Origin: Flectonema sp. DT1601
Taxonomy: Eukaryota
Direction: 5' to 3'
Assembly (NCBI GenBank): GCA_964019425.1
Contig: OZ025802.1
Coordinates: 496,001-560,000 of the forward strand
DNA length: 64,000 nucleotides
Every line of letters starts with the position of its first letter. The first letter of the stretch is position 1. The translations under genes and the position numbers were made by a program. Below the pieces are notes generated by a model. It had not been told where the DNA came from, searched no databases, and was given only the letters and a program-made list of their open reading frames with translations. This document shows, piece by piece, positions 19,888 through 31,133 of the stretch.

Positions 19888-20598
19888 TTAATTGTTTGGG
19901 CAGTCTCTGGCCAAGTGACCAGTTTCCTGGCAGTTGTAACAGGTTCTGTCTCCTCCCTTACCTCCACCACTTCCACCAGTTGGGCAGTCTCTCGAGATGT
20001 GACCCGCCTGTCCACAGTTGTAGCAGGTTCTGTCACCACCTCCACCACCACCCTTGGCACCCTTGCTGCTTGCGCAATCACTGTGTTAGGTTAGTTAATA
20101 AAGTTTTAAGTACCTTAGAAATTATTACAAATATTATTCGTTGTTAGTAATCAACATTAGATCTGAATCACAAGACAGCTATTTGAAGAGTACATACCGG
20201 GCCATGTGTCCGTATCCTCCACAGTTGTAGCAGGCACCACCTCCACCACCACCACCTCCTCTGTTGTTACTTGGGCAGTTTCTTGAGATGTGTCCGCTTT
20301 CTCCGCAGTTGTAGCAAGCGCCACCACCTCCTCCCTTCTTACCTCCACCGCCACCTCCTCCCTGTGGGCATTCTCTCGACATGTGTCCGGCTTCTCCGCA
20401 TGTGTAGCAAGTTCTGTCACCACCTCCTCCCTTTCTGCCTCCACCTCCTCCCTGTGGGCATTCTCTCGACATGTGTCCGGCTTCTCCGCATGTGTAGCAA
20501 GTTCTGTCACCTCCACCGCCTCCCTTTCTACCTCCACCTCCCTGTGGGCACTCTCTTGACATGTGTCCGACTTCTCCGCATGAGTAGCAAGTGGCCAT
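19888..20598 (-). CDS. CNBP/UMSBP-like CCHC zinc-knuckle protein, copy 1 (7 knuckles); exons 20198-20598, 19888-20080
   Basis: Repeated CX2CX4HX4C with Gly-rich linkers. GT-AG intron 20081-20197 lies within the Arg codon of GHMAR|DC. Confidence 0.93.
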
Positions 20599-22174
20599 TG
20601 TTAGTTAAAGGAATCTGAAATATAATAAAGAAGGGAACTACACACAACCTTAATCTGAACCAGTACCAGTCGCAATGACAACACGTTTACCCTTCCTGTT
20701 GCATACTGGAAAAGAGAATACTTTAACGCCATCAGTACTTTGCATTATCAATCCCTGGTGGCTTCAGAGGCATTGATGCATGCCTTAGTTTTTCCCTTTA
20801 TGTTCTGTAGCCACAGAACACTTACGCCATTCATTTATATTCTTTCTATTTTTGTTTTCTTTTTTCTTTTTACATGAAATTTGGGTGCGTCCGAAAAGTC
20901 CCAGAGAAGTGTGCTACCGGCACCAATCTTCGAAAATCACTTCTTTTGGCATTCGGGATGACTGTGTAGGCAATTTTTCAAACAATCCAAGACTCATCTT
21001 CATCAAGTACCGAGAGAGGCAGCATCTTCGTTTCGCTTAAGATGTGCACTACAAACGGGGTACTGAAAGAAACAGTCTGGGAGTGTGCTGGAAGATACCG
21101 TTGCACTTCGAATGCTAAAAAAAACACATGTCAGAAAAAAAGGTCGGTTTCGGCTTCGCAGTGCTTTGTCTAAGCGGCCAAAACTGCTGCAGCAAAATGT
21201 AGGCAATTGCTTTTTGTTATAACTTTGTACTTACATTCTTTATATTATTATTTTCTGTTTTCGGGGATTTTTTTTTATTTTTTTTTTTTATTTATAAAAG
21301 ATAAAAAAAACAAAAGGGAAAAAAAAAACAAAATAAAAATAATAATCGCAAAAAAAAAAAAATTTTTTTTTTAATGTAAAGAAGGTTCAATTCCCTTACT
21401 TATGTCTTCCTCTCGTTTGATCCTCAAGAACCAGTTTATTTTTCCCTCAGAATATTAGTATCAAATTAGTAGCAACTCATTTTGCGAATAAACGTTGGCC
21501 CTACAGAAGCCTTTTAATTGCCTATGAAAGTTACTATGTTTTCTTTCCTCTTTTTCCGTAAGGTTTTTGCAAAACAACCAACTATGCCTATTTAGACGTT
21601 ACTTACTTTCGTACTTCATCAACCATAATCGCACTTGAAAAAGGTTAGGTACAGTTTTATCGTTTTAGATTGGAGGCAAAAAAAAAAAATAATAGTAAAT
21701 AAAAAAGGTACAGCTTAACTGGATGTGTCCACACGGTGGTGGTTCACAATTTAAAGAATTATCGGTCGTTCGAGTACCAAGTGTACAGCGAGCGCAGTGT
21801 AAAACAGCCGACAACAGTAAAGACGTGTGAAGACTGCTTGAAAGAACTATGCAAATATAAAATAAAATAAAATAAAGTACAAAAAAAAAAAAAAAAGCGA
21901 AACAAAGGTAGAATGGATAAAACAAAGGTAAAAGAAAATCAAGGAATGGGGAAGGGACACCATAATCTCTGCCACTTACGACAGGAATATAGCGCCAAGG
22001 ACCTTCTCATTAACTACATTTATGTGTAATCACTTGCTCTTAAGAGTTAATATATGGTCAGTAAACTAACAATTTATAACAAGCCGAGCTTAGATTGCAC
22101 ATGAGGGAAACTAACAGAGGAAAGGAAGAGGCTGCTTACTGCAACCACATTGGTGTATCGTGTGGATCTGCTGC

Positions 22175-23057
22175 TTAGTTGCTGGTTGGGCAGTCACGGG
22201 CAAAGTGACCGGACTCTCCGCAGTTGTAGCAGCTTCCACCACCACCTCCACCCTTCTTTCCACCACCACCACCACCTCCTCCCTGTGGGCAGTCACTGTT
22301 TTGTTTTTGTTTTACATGTTACATGAGGTGATCTCAAGTAGCTGACATTGTTTAATAAACTATCATACCGGGACATGTGACCTTGCTGACCACAGCTGTA
22401 GCATGATCTGTCACCACCTCCTCCTCTGTTTCCACCCCAGCTACCTCCTCCTCCGTAGCTGCCACCACCTCCCCCCTGTGGGCATTCTCTTGACATGTGT
22501 CCTGGCTGACCGCAGGTGTAGCATGATCTACCTCCTCCTCCTCCCTTTCCACCACCTCCTCCTCCCTGTGGGCAGTCTCTCGAGATGTGACCCACCTGGT
22601 TACAGTTGTAGCAGGTTCTGTCACCACCTCCTCCCTTTCCACCACCACCTCCTCCCTGTGGGCAGTCACTGTTTTATTTGGTATTTAGGATGGTGATTTG
22701 TTTCTCAATAAAAAAGGTCCTGTAACGAAGGCAAAAATGGATAGCAACTCAGCGAAAAACCTTACAGATGGTACTTTAAAGTATTAATATCTAATCGAAT
22801 TCCTAAAAGTAACCAATTACTGAATATACATACCGGGAGAAGTGACCTGGCTGACCACAGTTGTAGCATGAGCCACCTCCACCTCCTCCCTTTCTACCTC
22901 CACCGGTACTTTCCTGTGGGCATTCTCTGGCCATGTGTCCGGATTCTCCGCAGTTGTAGCAGGCACCACCACCACCTCCTCCCTTTCTACCTCCACCTCC
23001 CTGTGGGCACTCTCTCGACATGTGTCCCATTTCTCCGCATGAGTAGCAAGTGGCCAT
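22175..23057 (-). CDS. Zinc-knuckle protein, copy 2 (7 knuckles); exons 22834-23057, 22369-22668, 22175-22295
   Basis: GT-AG introns 22669-22833 and 22296-22368 restore a continuous knuckle ORF. Confidence 0.93.
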
Positions 23058-23603
23058 TGTTAAGTGTTAGCTAAGATAGGCTGTGAAAGTTAATTTTAGT
23101 CGCCTGTCCACGAGAAAAAGGCAACGCCACTATACCATATCGTTGCTGTCGAAGAAAGGGAAAAAACTGAAGTACAAATATAACTAATTGAGAACAAGTT
23201 CAGCGTGGCAATAGGAAACTAAATTGCCTAGTTATAAATTTGAAACGTAAAGACTGAGCTGCGGCGACGTGTATCCACGTAATTATTTAAACGACATATG
23301 CTTTCAAACAAATAAACACTTTCTTAGCTTCGAGATCGGCTACCAATCTAAGCGCAAATACTGTACTGCGCCACAAGATGTTTAATAACTTTATGTCATC
23401 TTTTTTAATTTTAAAACACGTTCGACGGTAACAACACTTTTCAGATTCCTCGCTATGATTTGTAGGGATGTAGTAAACAATTCTAAAGTGGAACATTTAC
23501 TTACTAATTCAAGCTCGTAGCGCATATGAGGGAAACTAGCAGAGGAAGGGACGGGAAAGGCTGCTTACTGCAACCAAATTGGTGTATCGTGTGAGTCTGC
23601 TGC

Positions 23604-24345
23604 TTAGTTGTTGGTTGGGCAGTCACGGGCAAAGTGACCTCCCTGTCCGCAGTTGTAGCAGCTTCCACCACCACCTCCACCCTTCTTTCCACCACCACCA
23701 CCACCTCCTCCCTGTGGGCAGTCACTGTTTTGTTTTATTTTGGGGTTTTCGGAAAAGCAGCAAAGATTGTCCATTGTTTGTTTTATACAAAAATCATACC
23801 GGGACATGTGACCTTGCTGACCACAGCTGTAGCATGATCTGTCACCACCTCCTCCTCTGTTTCCACCCCAGCTACCTCCTCCTCCGTAGCTGCCACCGCC
23901 TCCTCCCTGTGGGCATTCTCTTGACATATGTCCTGGCTGACCGCAGGTGTAGCATGATCTACCTCCTCCTCCTCCCTTTCCACCACCTCCTCCTCCCTGT
24001 GGGCAGTCTCTCGAGATGTGACCCACCTGGTTACAGTTGTAGCAGGTTCTGTCACCACCTCCTCCCTTTCCACCACCACCTCCTCCCTGTGGGCAGTCAC
24101 TGTTTTATATTTATTTGTGAAGCGCATTTTGATAATAAGAGGCAAACCATTGACTGCGTGATTTCCCATCGTGGGAGTGACTAATAACCAATTACTGAAT
24201 ATACATACCGGGAGAAGTGACCTGGCTGACCGCAGTTGTAGCATGAGCCACCTCCACCTCCACCTCCTCCCTTTCTACCGCCTCCTCCCTGTGGGCACTC
24301 TCTTGACATGTGTCCAACTTCTCCGCATGAGTAGCAAGTGGCCAT
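23604..24345 (-). CDS. Zinc-knuckle protein, copy 3 (6 knuckles); exons 24209-24345, 23800-24099, 23604-23724
   Basis: GT-AG introns 24100-24208 and 23725-23799. Confidence 0.93.
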
Positions 24346-24935
24346 TGTTAGGTTTGTTGAAAGCTGCGAAGTATGAGATGATATCCAACATCTTCTTACT
24401 ACTCGAGTTGATCGTAGTAACAGTTACCGCATCCATCAGTGCGTGTCCTCTACCCATCTATTACATACTGCGTGCGGTGGGTAGAAGTTTGGAGTACGTT
24501 CCTTTTTTCTTGAAAAACAAAGGAAAAGGGATGGGAAAATACAACGGGGCAAAGAAAAGAAGATTTCTTAGTTAGTACTGTGTAGCTGAATGCGATCGCT
24601 CTAAGCAGAAATCACTTCGTTAATCGTAATAAGAAAAACAAAAGAAAACAAAAGTGAAAAAAGTCACTCGTTAATAATAAATATCAATAATCTCTTCTCT
24701 CAATGTTTCCCTTCTACTTCCCCAGGAAGAGTTCACACCATGTGCCAGTAATCGCTGTTGGTGTAATTAAGTGACTCGTCCAGGGGGGTAAATCAAATAC
24801 AATATATTGTCAGTAAGTAGCGCATCTAACAATCATTTAACTAATTCAAGCTCGTAGCGCACATGAGGGAAACTAACAGAGGAAGGGACGGGAAAGGCTG
24901 CTTACTGCAACCACATTGGTGTGGGGGCCTGCTGC

Positions 24936-25700
24936 TTAGTTGCTGGTTGGGCAGTCACGGGCAAAGTGACCGGACTCTCCGCAGTTGTAGCAGCTTCCAC
25001 CACCACCTCCACCCTTCTTTCCACCACCACCACCACCTCCTCCCTGTGGGCAGTCACTGTTTTGTTTTTGTTTTACATGTTACATGAGGTGATCTCAAGT
25101 AGCTGACATTGTTTAATAAACTATCATACCGGGACATGTGACCTTGCTGACCACAGCTGTAGCATGATCTGTCACCACCTCCTCCTCTGTTTCCACCCCA
25201 GCTACCTCCTCCTCCGTAGCTGCCACCACCTCCCCCCTGTGGGCATTCTCTTGACATGTGTCCTGGCTGACCGCAGGTGTAGCATGATCTACCTCCTCCT
25301 CCTCCCTTTCCACCACCTCCTCCTCCCTGTGGGCAGTCTCTCGAGATGTGGCCCACCTGCTGGCAGTTGTAGCAGGTTCTGTCACCACCTCCTCCCTTTC
25401 CACCACCACCTCCTCCCTGTGGGCAGTCACTGTTTTATTTTCTTAATGTGATAGTGTCGCATAATATTAAAAGTTCCTTTTATAGGGTTCTCCTAAGAAA
25501 TACAACTGATGATCATTCAAAGAGGAACAACATAAATGAAAAGTTACTCAGATATCAACATACCGGGAGAAGTGACCTGGCTGACCGCAGTTGTAGCATG
25601 AGCCACCTCCACCTCCACCTCCTCCCTTTCTACCGCCTCCTCCCTGTGGGCACTCTCTCGACATGTGTCCCATTTCTCCGCATGAGTAGCAAGTGGCCAT
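24936..25700 (-). CDS. Zinc-knuckle protein, copy 4 (6 knuckles); exons 25564-25700, 25130-25429, 24936-25056
   Basis: GT-AG introns 25430-25563 and 25057-25129. Confidence 0.93.
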
Positions 25701-26147
25701 TGTTAAGTGTTAGCTATGATATGCTGTGAAGATTGTATTAATGTGTCAAGTAAACAAAAACACGGTTTCCCACAATGCTTGCCAGAAGGCAGTATTTATT
25801 TACATGTCTCTGTCGTTATGAAGAAGTTAATAACAAGGTTAAGTTCTGTTTAACTGCACGCCTATCCCTAGAGAACAAAAGTTACACGTCAGCGTTGTTG
25901 TAGTTTTCTTTTTGCTCTGGTTTATTTTGTTTACCAATTTGTAAGATTACTCTCGGCATCTCTTAACGTGCAGTACAGTAATCACGTGGTAGTTGGTTAG
26001 ATATCTGTTATTACACACTTTTTACACTCTTTCACGTTCGTTTTCGACAATAACTGTGTTCCCAATTAACACACTGCTTGTCGTATCTGTTCACCAATTC
26101 GAGGAATGGCATGGCCGCTGTTGCAACCAATACTTTGTATCCATCCT

Positions 26148-26863
26148 CTAGTTGTTGGTTGGGCAGTCACGGGCAAAGTGACCAGCCTGTCCGCAGTTGT
26201 AGCAGCTTCCACCACCACCTCCACCCTTCTTTCCACCACCACCACCTCCTCCCTGTGGGCAGTCACTGTTTTGTTTTTGTTTTACATGTTACATGAGGTG
26301 ATCTTAAGTAGCTGACATTGTTTAATAAACTATCATACCGGGACATGTGACCTTGCTGACCACAGCTGTAGCATGATCTGTCACCACCTCCTCCTCTGTT
26401 TCCACCCCAGCTACCTCCTCCTCCGTAGCTGCCACCACCTCCTCCCTGTGGGCATTCTCTTGACATGTGTCCTGGCTGACCGCAGGTGTAGCATGATCTA
26501 CCTCCTCCTCCTCCCTTTCCACCACCTCCTCCTCCCTGTGGGCAGTCTCTCGAGATGTGACCCACCTGGTTACAGTTGTAGCAGGTTCTGTCACCACCTC
26601 CTCCCTTTCCACCACCACCTCCTCCCTGTGGGCAGTCGCTGTTTTATATTTATTTGTGAAGCGCGTTTTGATAATAAGAGGCAAACCATTGACTGCATGA
26701 TTCCAATTACTGAATATACATACCGGGAGAAGTGACCTGGCTGACCGCAGTTGTAGCATGAGCCACCTCCACCTCCACCTCCTCCCTTTCTACCTCCACC
26801 TCCTCCTTGTGGACATTCTCTCGACATGTGTCCGACTTCTCCGCATGAGTAGCAAGTGGCCAT
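26148..26863 (-). CDS. Zinc-knuckle protein, copy 5 (6 knuckles); exons 26724-26863, 26339-26638, 26148-26265
   Basis: GT-AG introns 26639-26723 and 26266-26338. Confidence 0.93.
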
Positions 26864-27437
26864 TGTTAAGTTGGTTGATGTAAGCTGTGAGGGACGTTAT
26901 CGTAAAATGAGAATCCCTCCTACTGCCGCAGACTAATAAATCACTACTGAACAACTTCGAGAGCAAGTTCGGTGGCAAAAGAAAGGTAAACGGAAACGCC
27001 CGAGGTAATTAATTCTTTTTTTTTTTTTGGGTTTTTACAAAATGAGAAGCAGAAATTTATAAAAATAAAAAAAAAGAGCGAAGGAAAAAAATAAAAGGAA
27101 AACACTATTTGTGCGCCACCAAAATGGCGTTATTACATTACATTTCATTTTTACCCTGTTGAAGAGTTCTTTGAAACTCTGGCCTCATTCTGCTCCGTTG
27201 AGCACATTAAGGCAGGTTAACTTAAGCGATGCCTTGGACTCTCTCTTGAATTGACCAATGCTGGGATGCTCACAGTTTGTTTCATAGATGTAGTGCTTTT
27301 ATACCAACTAAAGGTTATTTATGTGTGTGTGTTGTGTATGATATGTGAACGCCATACTGTAATTAGATTTATCAGAATTGCAGCTCTTTAAACCTTTAGA
27401 ATGTCAACAGCTGAAGGTCTTGGAGACAACTGGTACT

Positions 27438-28238
27438 CTAGTTGTTGGTTGGGCAGTCACGGGCAAAGTGACCTCCCTGTCCGCAGTTGTAGCAGCTTCC
27501 ACCACCACCTCCACCCTTCTTTCCACCACCACCACCACCTCCTCCCTGTGGGCAGTCACTGTTTTGTTTTATTTTGGGGTTTTCGGAAAAGCAGCAAAGA
27601 TTGTCCATTGTTTGTTTTATACAAAAATCATACCGGGACATGTGACCTTGCTGACCACAGCTGTAGCATGATCTGTCACCACCTCCTCCTCTGTTTCCAC
27701 CCCAGCTACCTCCTCCTCCGTAGCTGCCACCACCTCCTCCCTGTGGGCATTCTCTTGACATGTGTCCTGGCTGACCGCAGGTGTAGCATGATCTACCTCC
27801 TCCTCCTCCCTTTCCACCACCTCCTCCTCCCTGTGGGCAGTCTCTCGAGATGTGACCCACCTGGTTACAGTTGTAGCAGGTTCTGTCACCACCTCCTCCC
27901 TTTCCACCACCACCTCCTCCCTGTGGGCAGTCACTGTTTTATTTGGTATTTAGGATGGTGATTTGTTTCTCAATAAAAAAGATCCTGTAACGAAGGCAAA
28001 GATCGATAGCAACTCAGCGCCAAGAAACCTTACAGATGATACTTTAAAGTATTAATATCCAATCGAATTCCCAAAAGTAACCAATTACTGAATATACATA
28101 CCGGGAGAAGTGACCTGGCTGACCGCAGTTGTAGCATGAGCCACCTCCACCACCACCTCCTCCCTTTCTACCGCCTCCTCCCTGTGGGCACTCTCTCGAC
28201 ATGTGTCCGACTTCTCCGCATGAGTAGCAAGTGGCCAT
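27438..28238 (-). CDS. Zinc-knuckle protein, copy 6 (6 knuckles); exons 28102-28238, 27634-27933, 27438-27558
   Basis: GT-AG introns 27934-28101 and 27559-27633. Confidence 0.93.
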
Positions 28239-28426
28239 TGTTAAGTTGGTTGAAGCTTAAGAAAACACTAAACGGAAAGTACTTCTCCAAGTTTAAAATA
28301 CTTGATATGTGTGGACTACCAAAGTAGCTACCAGATTGTGAACTAATCCATGCAATAATTTATTAAGTCAGTTATTCTCTTTTGACTTTACAGAAATATT
28401 TTAACTAAAGGAAAGTGTTCTTTGTT

Positions 28427-29536
28427 TTATTCAAATTTTGGTCTTTTTAAAAGGAAATCTAAAGCGGAATCCTCATCCACAGTGGTAGTGTTACTACTCC
28501 AACGGGTGACTCCAGAGTCCTTGATGTCAGATGAAGAGCCATTAGTCATTTTTGACATGGTGAACATGTTCGCAGCATCTGCCGCTTCCAACTCTGGGTC
28601 AGCTTCAATAGGTCGAATGACGTCAATTAAAACAGTGTTTGCTCTGTTACCTGTAAATCTCTTTACTGGAACAGCTGAAGGCGCAGATAACATGTGTGAT
28701 TCCACAACAGTTTTAGGTGGTTTACGTAAGGCATTACCACGTTCTCTCTTCTCTTCTAATTTTTGCTTGAATTCATCAGTTGCGTATGCGTTATCAATGT
28801 ACTTTAACTTTCCTCTGCAGGCTTCAAGGATGAGTTTTCTATTATCGCTCGTAGTCGAATCGAAAATGTTACCCAACAGGGTTATGTGTGTTAAGTGACG
28901 AAGGTCTTTAACGTCTTGTAAAACAGTTTCTGTTAACTTATTAGATCCAGCATCGAGAATCTTTAATGAGGCACAACCAGCTAAAAACTTTCCCAAATCG
29001 CTAATGTTGTTGCCTGAAATGCGAAGCTCTGTTAAATTTGACAGTTTGTGAACTTTTCTTCCCCAAGGGACAGTGGACAGTTCACAGTTAGATAGAGAAA
29101 GCTTTTTAATTGTTTTTTGTTGACAGATTGGAGTCAAGTCGACCCCCCCCAGCGGAACACCCTTCAGCACAAGGGTACTTAAATTACTCAGAGTTCGGAC
29201 ATTGTTAATGCAAGCAGGAATGTCGACTATTTCAGTGCATCTCGCGGCTATCAGAGCGCTCAGATTAGGTGCATTTGAATTATTGACATCCAAAGTCTTT
29301 AGAGGATTGTCACTCACATCTAAAAATACCAACGAAGGGAGGTCTGCTGATATACTATTAAGTTTGTTCTTACTTGCTTTTATGGTTTTGGTATCCGTTT
29401 TGGATAAGAATTTTAATGTTGTTAAGTTATTTCCAGTTATGTCAGCTCTCTTTATATCACATTCACTGAGGGACTCGATCTCAGAAATACCTTCATCGGT
29501 AATCTGTAATACACCGTTGTTGATTCTATCTTTCAT
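28427..29536 (-). CDS. Leucine-rich repeat protein (probable start ATG 29536, MKDRINNG)
   Basis: LxxLxLxxNxL repeats (LVFLDVSDNPL, LTELRISGNNI, LKILDAGSNKL) and an LRR cap. Pyrimidine-rich CAG acceptor just upstream of ATG 29536. Confidence 0.85.
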   Translation of the reverse strand: MKDRINNGVLQITDEGISEIESLSECDIKRADITGNNLTTLKFLSKTDTKTIKASKNKLNSISADLPSLVFLDVSDNPLKTLDVNNSNAPNLSALIAARCTEIVDIPACINNVRTLSNLSTLVLKGVPLGGVDLTPICQQKTIKKLSLSNCELSTVPWGRKVHKLSNLTELRISGNNISDLGKFLAGCASLKILDAGSNKLTETVLQDVKDLRHLTHITLLGNIFDSTTSDNRKLILEACRGKLKYIDNAYATDEFKQKLEEKRERGNALRKPPKTVVESHMLSAPSAVPVKRFTGNRANTVLIDVIRPIEADPELEAADAANMFTMSKMTNGSSSDIKDSGVTRWSSNTTTVDEDSALDFLLKRPKFE

Positions 29537-29570
29537 AATGATGTCAGGGGCTGTGAGAATAGAATTGAAA

Positions 29571-29787
29571 TTTGAATTATTGAAATCTAAAGTCTTTGAA
29601 AGATTGTTACTCACATCTAAAAAATACCAACGAAGGGAGGTCTGTTCTTACTTGCTTTTATGGTTTTTCGTATCCGTTTTGGATAAGAGAAACAGTCAGA
29701 AATACCTTCATCGGCAGTCTGTAATACACCGTTGTTGATTCTATCTTTCATAATTGATGTCAGGGGGCTGTGAGAATAGAATTGAAA
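29571..29787 (-). pseudogene. Degenerate tandem duplicate of the LRR gene 5' end (copy of ~29274-29570)
   Basis: Near-identical blocks with two internal deletions and several single-base indels. Confidence 0.8.
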
Positions 29788-30414
29788 AGGAGACATTAAT
29801 TCCCATTGAAGATTATCCCTGTTTCTAGTAAAAATAAAAAAAATTAATTTCTGAAGTTACACAAAACGTAATCCAACTACACAGACATCTGTGGTTAAAA
29901 TAAATAACGAAAAAAAAAAAATAGAAAAGGGAGAGAGAGAGGCAGAGATATGTGTTTTCTTTCCTGCTTTATATGCCTACCGAAGCTCACATTCATTGCG
30001 TACCTTTTGATTTTTTTTTTTATAACTAAAGGAGCTTCTTTTTAATCTGGAAATCTCCCTTTTGTTTATTCATTATATGGTACACATGGAAGTGGCTGTT
30101 GTCTGCAAAGTTATGGAACTTCTTGTAATTGCGTGCCGTTGTAATACAGAACCTGTTTATGTCGGCACACGCAATTTCTTTTTTTTTTTTTTTTAACTCC
30201 TTTTTTTTAAGAACAAAAGTTCATCAATTGAATGCACGAAGTCCGTGAAAAGTTCCTTTTTTTTTTATAAACATTTCATATTAATTTCCGCAATCGAGAT
30301 CACGTCGACTCTCAGGCCAGCGCTTTGTAATAATCATTTTATTATCTGAACTGACAAGAACAGTAAACGATTTTTTTTTTTGTTGTCTCTTAACGAAAAA
30401 GGAATGAACAAAGA

Positions 30415-30873
30415 TTAAGGGTTTTCAGTACCAGTGGTGAGGTGGATGTCAGTTCCGATAACCCTACGAGACGCATCAATAACGTAGTCGTTGATTGAAG
30501 CATTTCTGATTTTCATGTATCCTTTGTCGTCAAAGGTCCAGTGTTCGTTACCGTAGGCTCTGATAGTCTGTCCCTGTTCATTCTCGTATTCATATTGAAA
30601 TGTTACAGCAATCTTATTGTCTGTATGAGTAAAGTAGTGCTTCTCAAGCTTGTAGTTCTTCTCGCGTTCCCATTTCCCCTTCAGGAATTCCCGCACCTCA
30701 CCTCTACCCTTTAGAAAAACATTTCTATTTCTCCACTCTGTGTCTTCACTGTAAGCCATTGCCACCTTGTTGTGGTCTCTTGAATTCCATCCGTCTTCTG
30801 CTGCTTGAACTTTTTGTCTTGCAGTTTCTTCAGTGAAAGGAGGGAGTGGGTGTCTTGGAGCTTCCTCAGTCAT
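30415..30873 (-). CDS. DUF1348 / SnoaL-like (NTF2-fold) protein
   Basis: PLPPFTEETARQKVQAAEDGWNSRD, WRNR, KWERE, IAVTFQYE, RAYGNEHWTFD, RNASIND. Confidence 0.9.
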   Translation of the reverse strand: MTEEAPRHPLPPFTEETARQKVQAAEDGWNSRDHNKVAMAYSEDTEWRNRNVFLKGRGEVREFLKGKWEREKNYKLEKHYFTHTDNKIAVTFQYEYENEQGQTIRAYGNEHWTFDDKGYMKIRNASINDYVIDASRRVIGTDIHLTTGTENP

Positions 30874-31133
30874 TGTGAAGTTTTGTATAGGAGAAACTAA
30901 TAGGGGGAATAGTTAACATTAATTTATATATAAAAAGTAATTCAACAGAAGATGAAAAGTGATGAGGGGGTTGACCTCACATCTTGATTATCATTTTATG
31001 TCAGTTTCTGGAGGAAAGAAATAACTCATTCAGGTATTCAGCTGCTCTCTGATTCAACTGACAGTTACTTCTCAGAAGAGAAGGACAGGATGGTTATTTT
31101 AGGTGTAAATGTTCTACTGATCGACTGACTGAC

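Noticed and set aside
19806..27961. Alternative-frame and antisense ORFs ([10 protein letters not shown]..., HHLLL...)
   Set aside because: Shadows of GGN repeats in the zinc-knuckle exons.
19888..28238. CRISPR-like or satellite array
   Set aside because: Repeats are in-frame zinc-knuckle and Gly codons with introns; no repeat-spacer structure and no cas genes.
29537..29614. N-terminal extension of the LRR ORF given by the ORF track
   Set aside because: Starts at GTG inside the degenerate duplicate, upstream of the likely splice acceptor.
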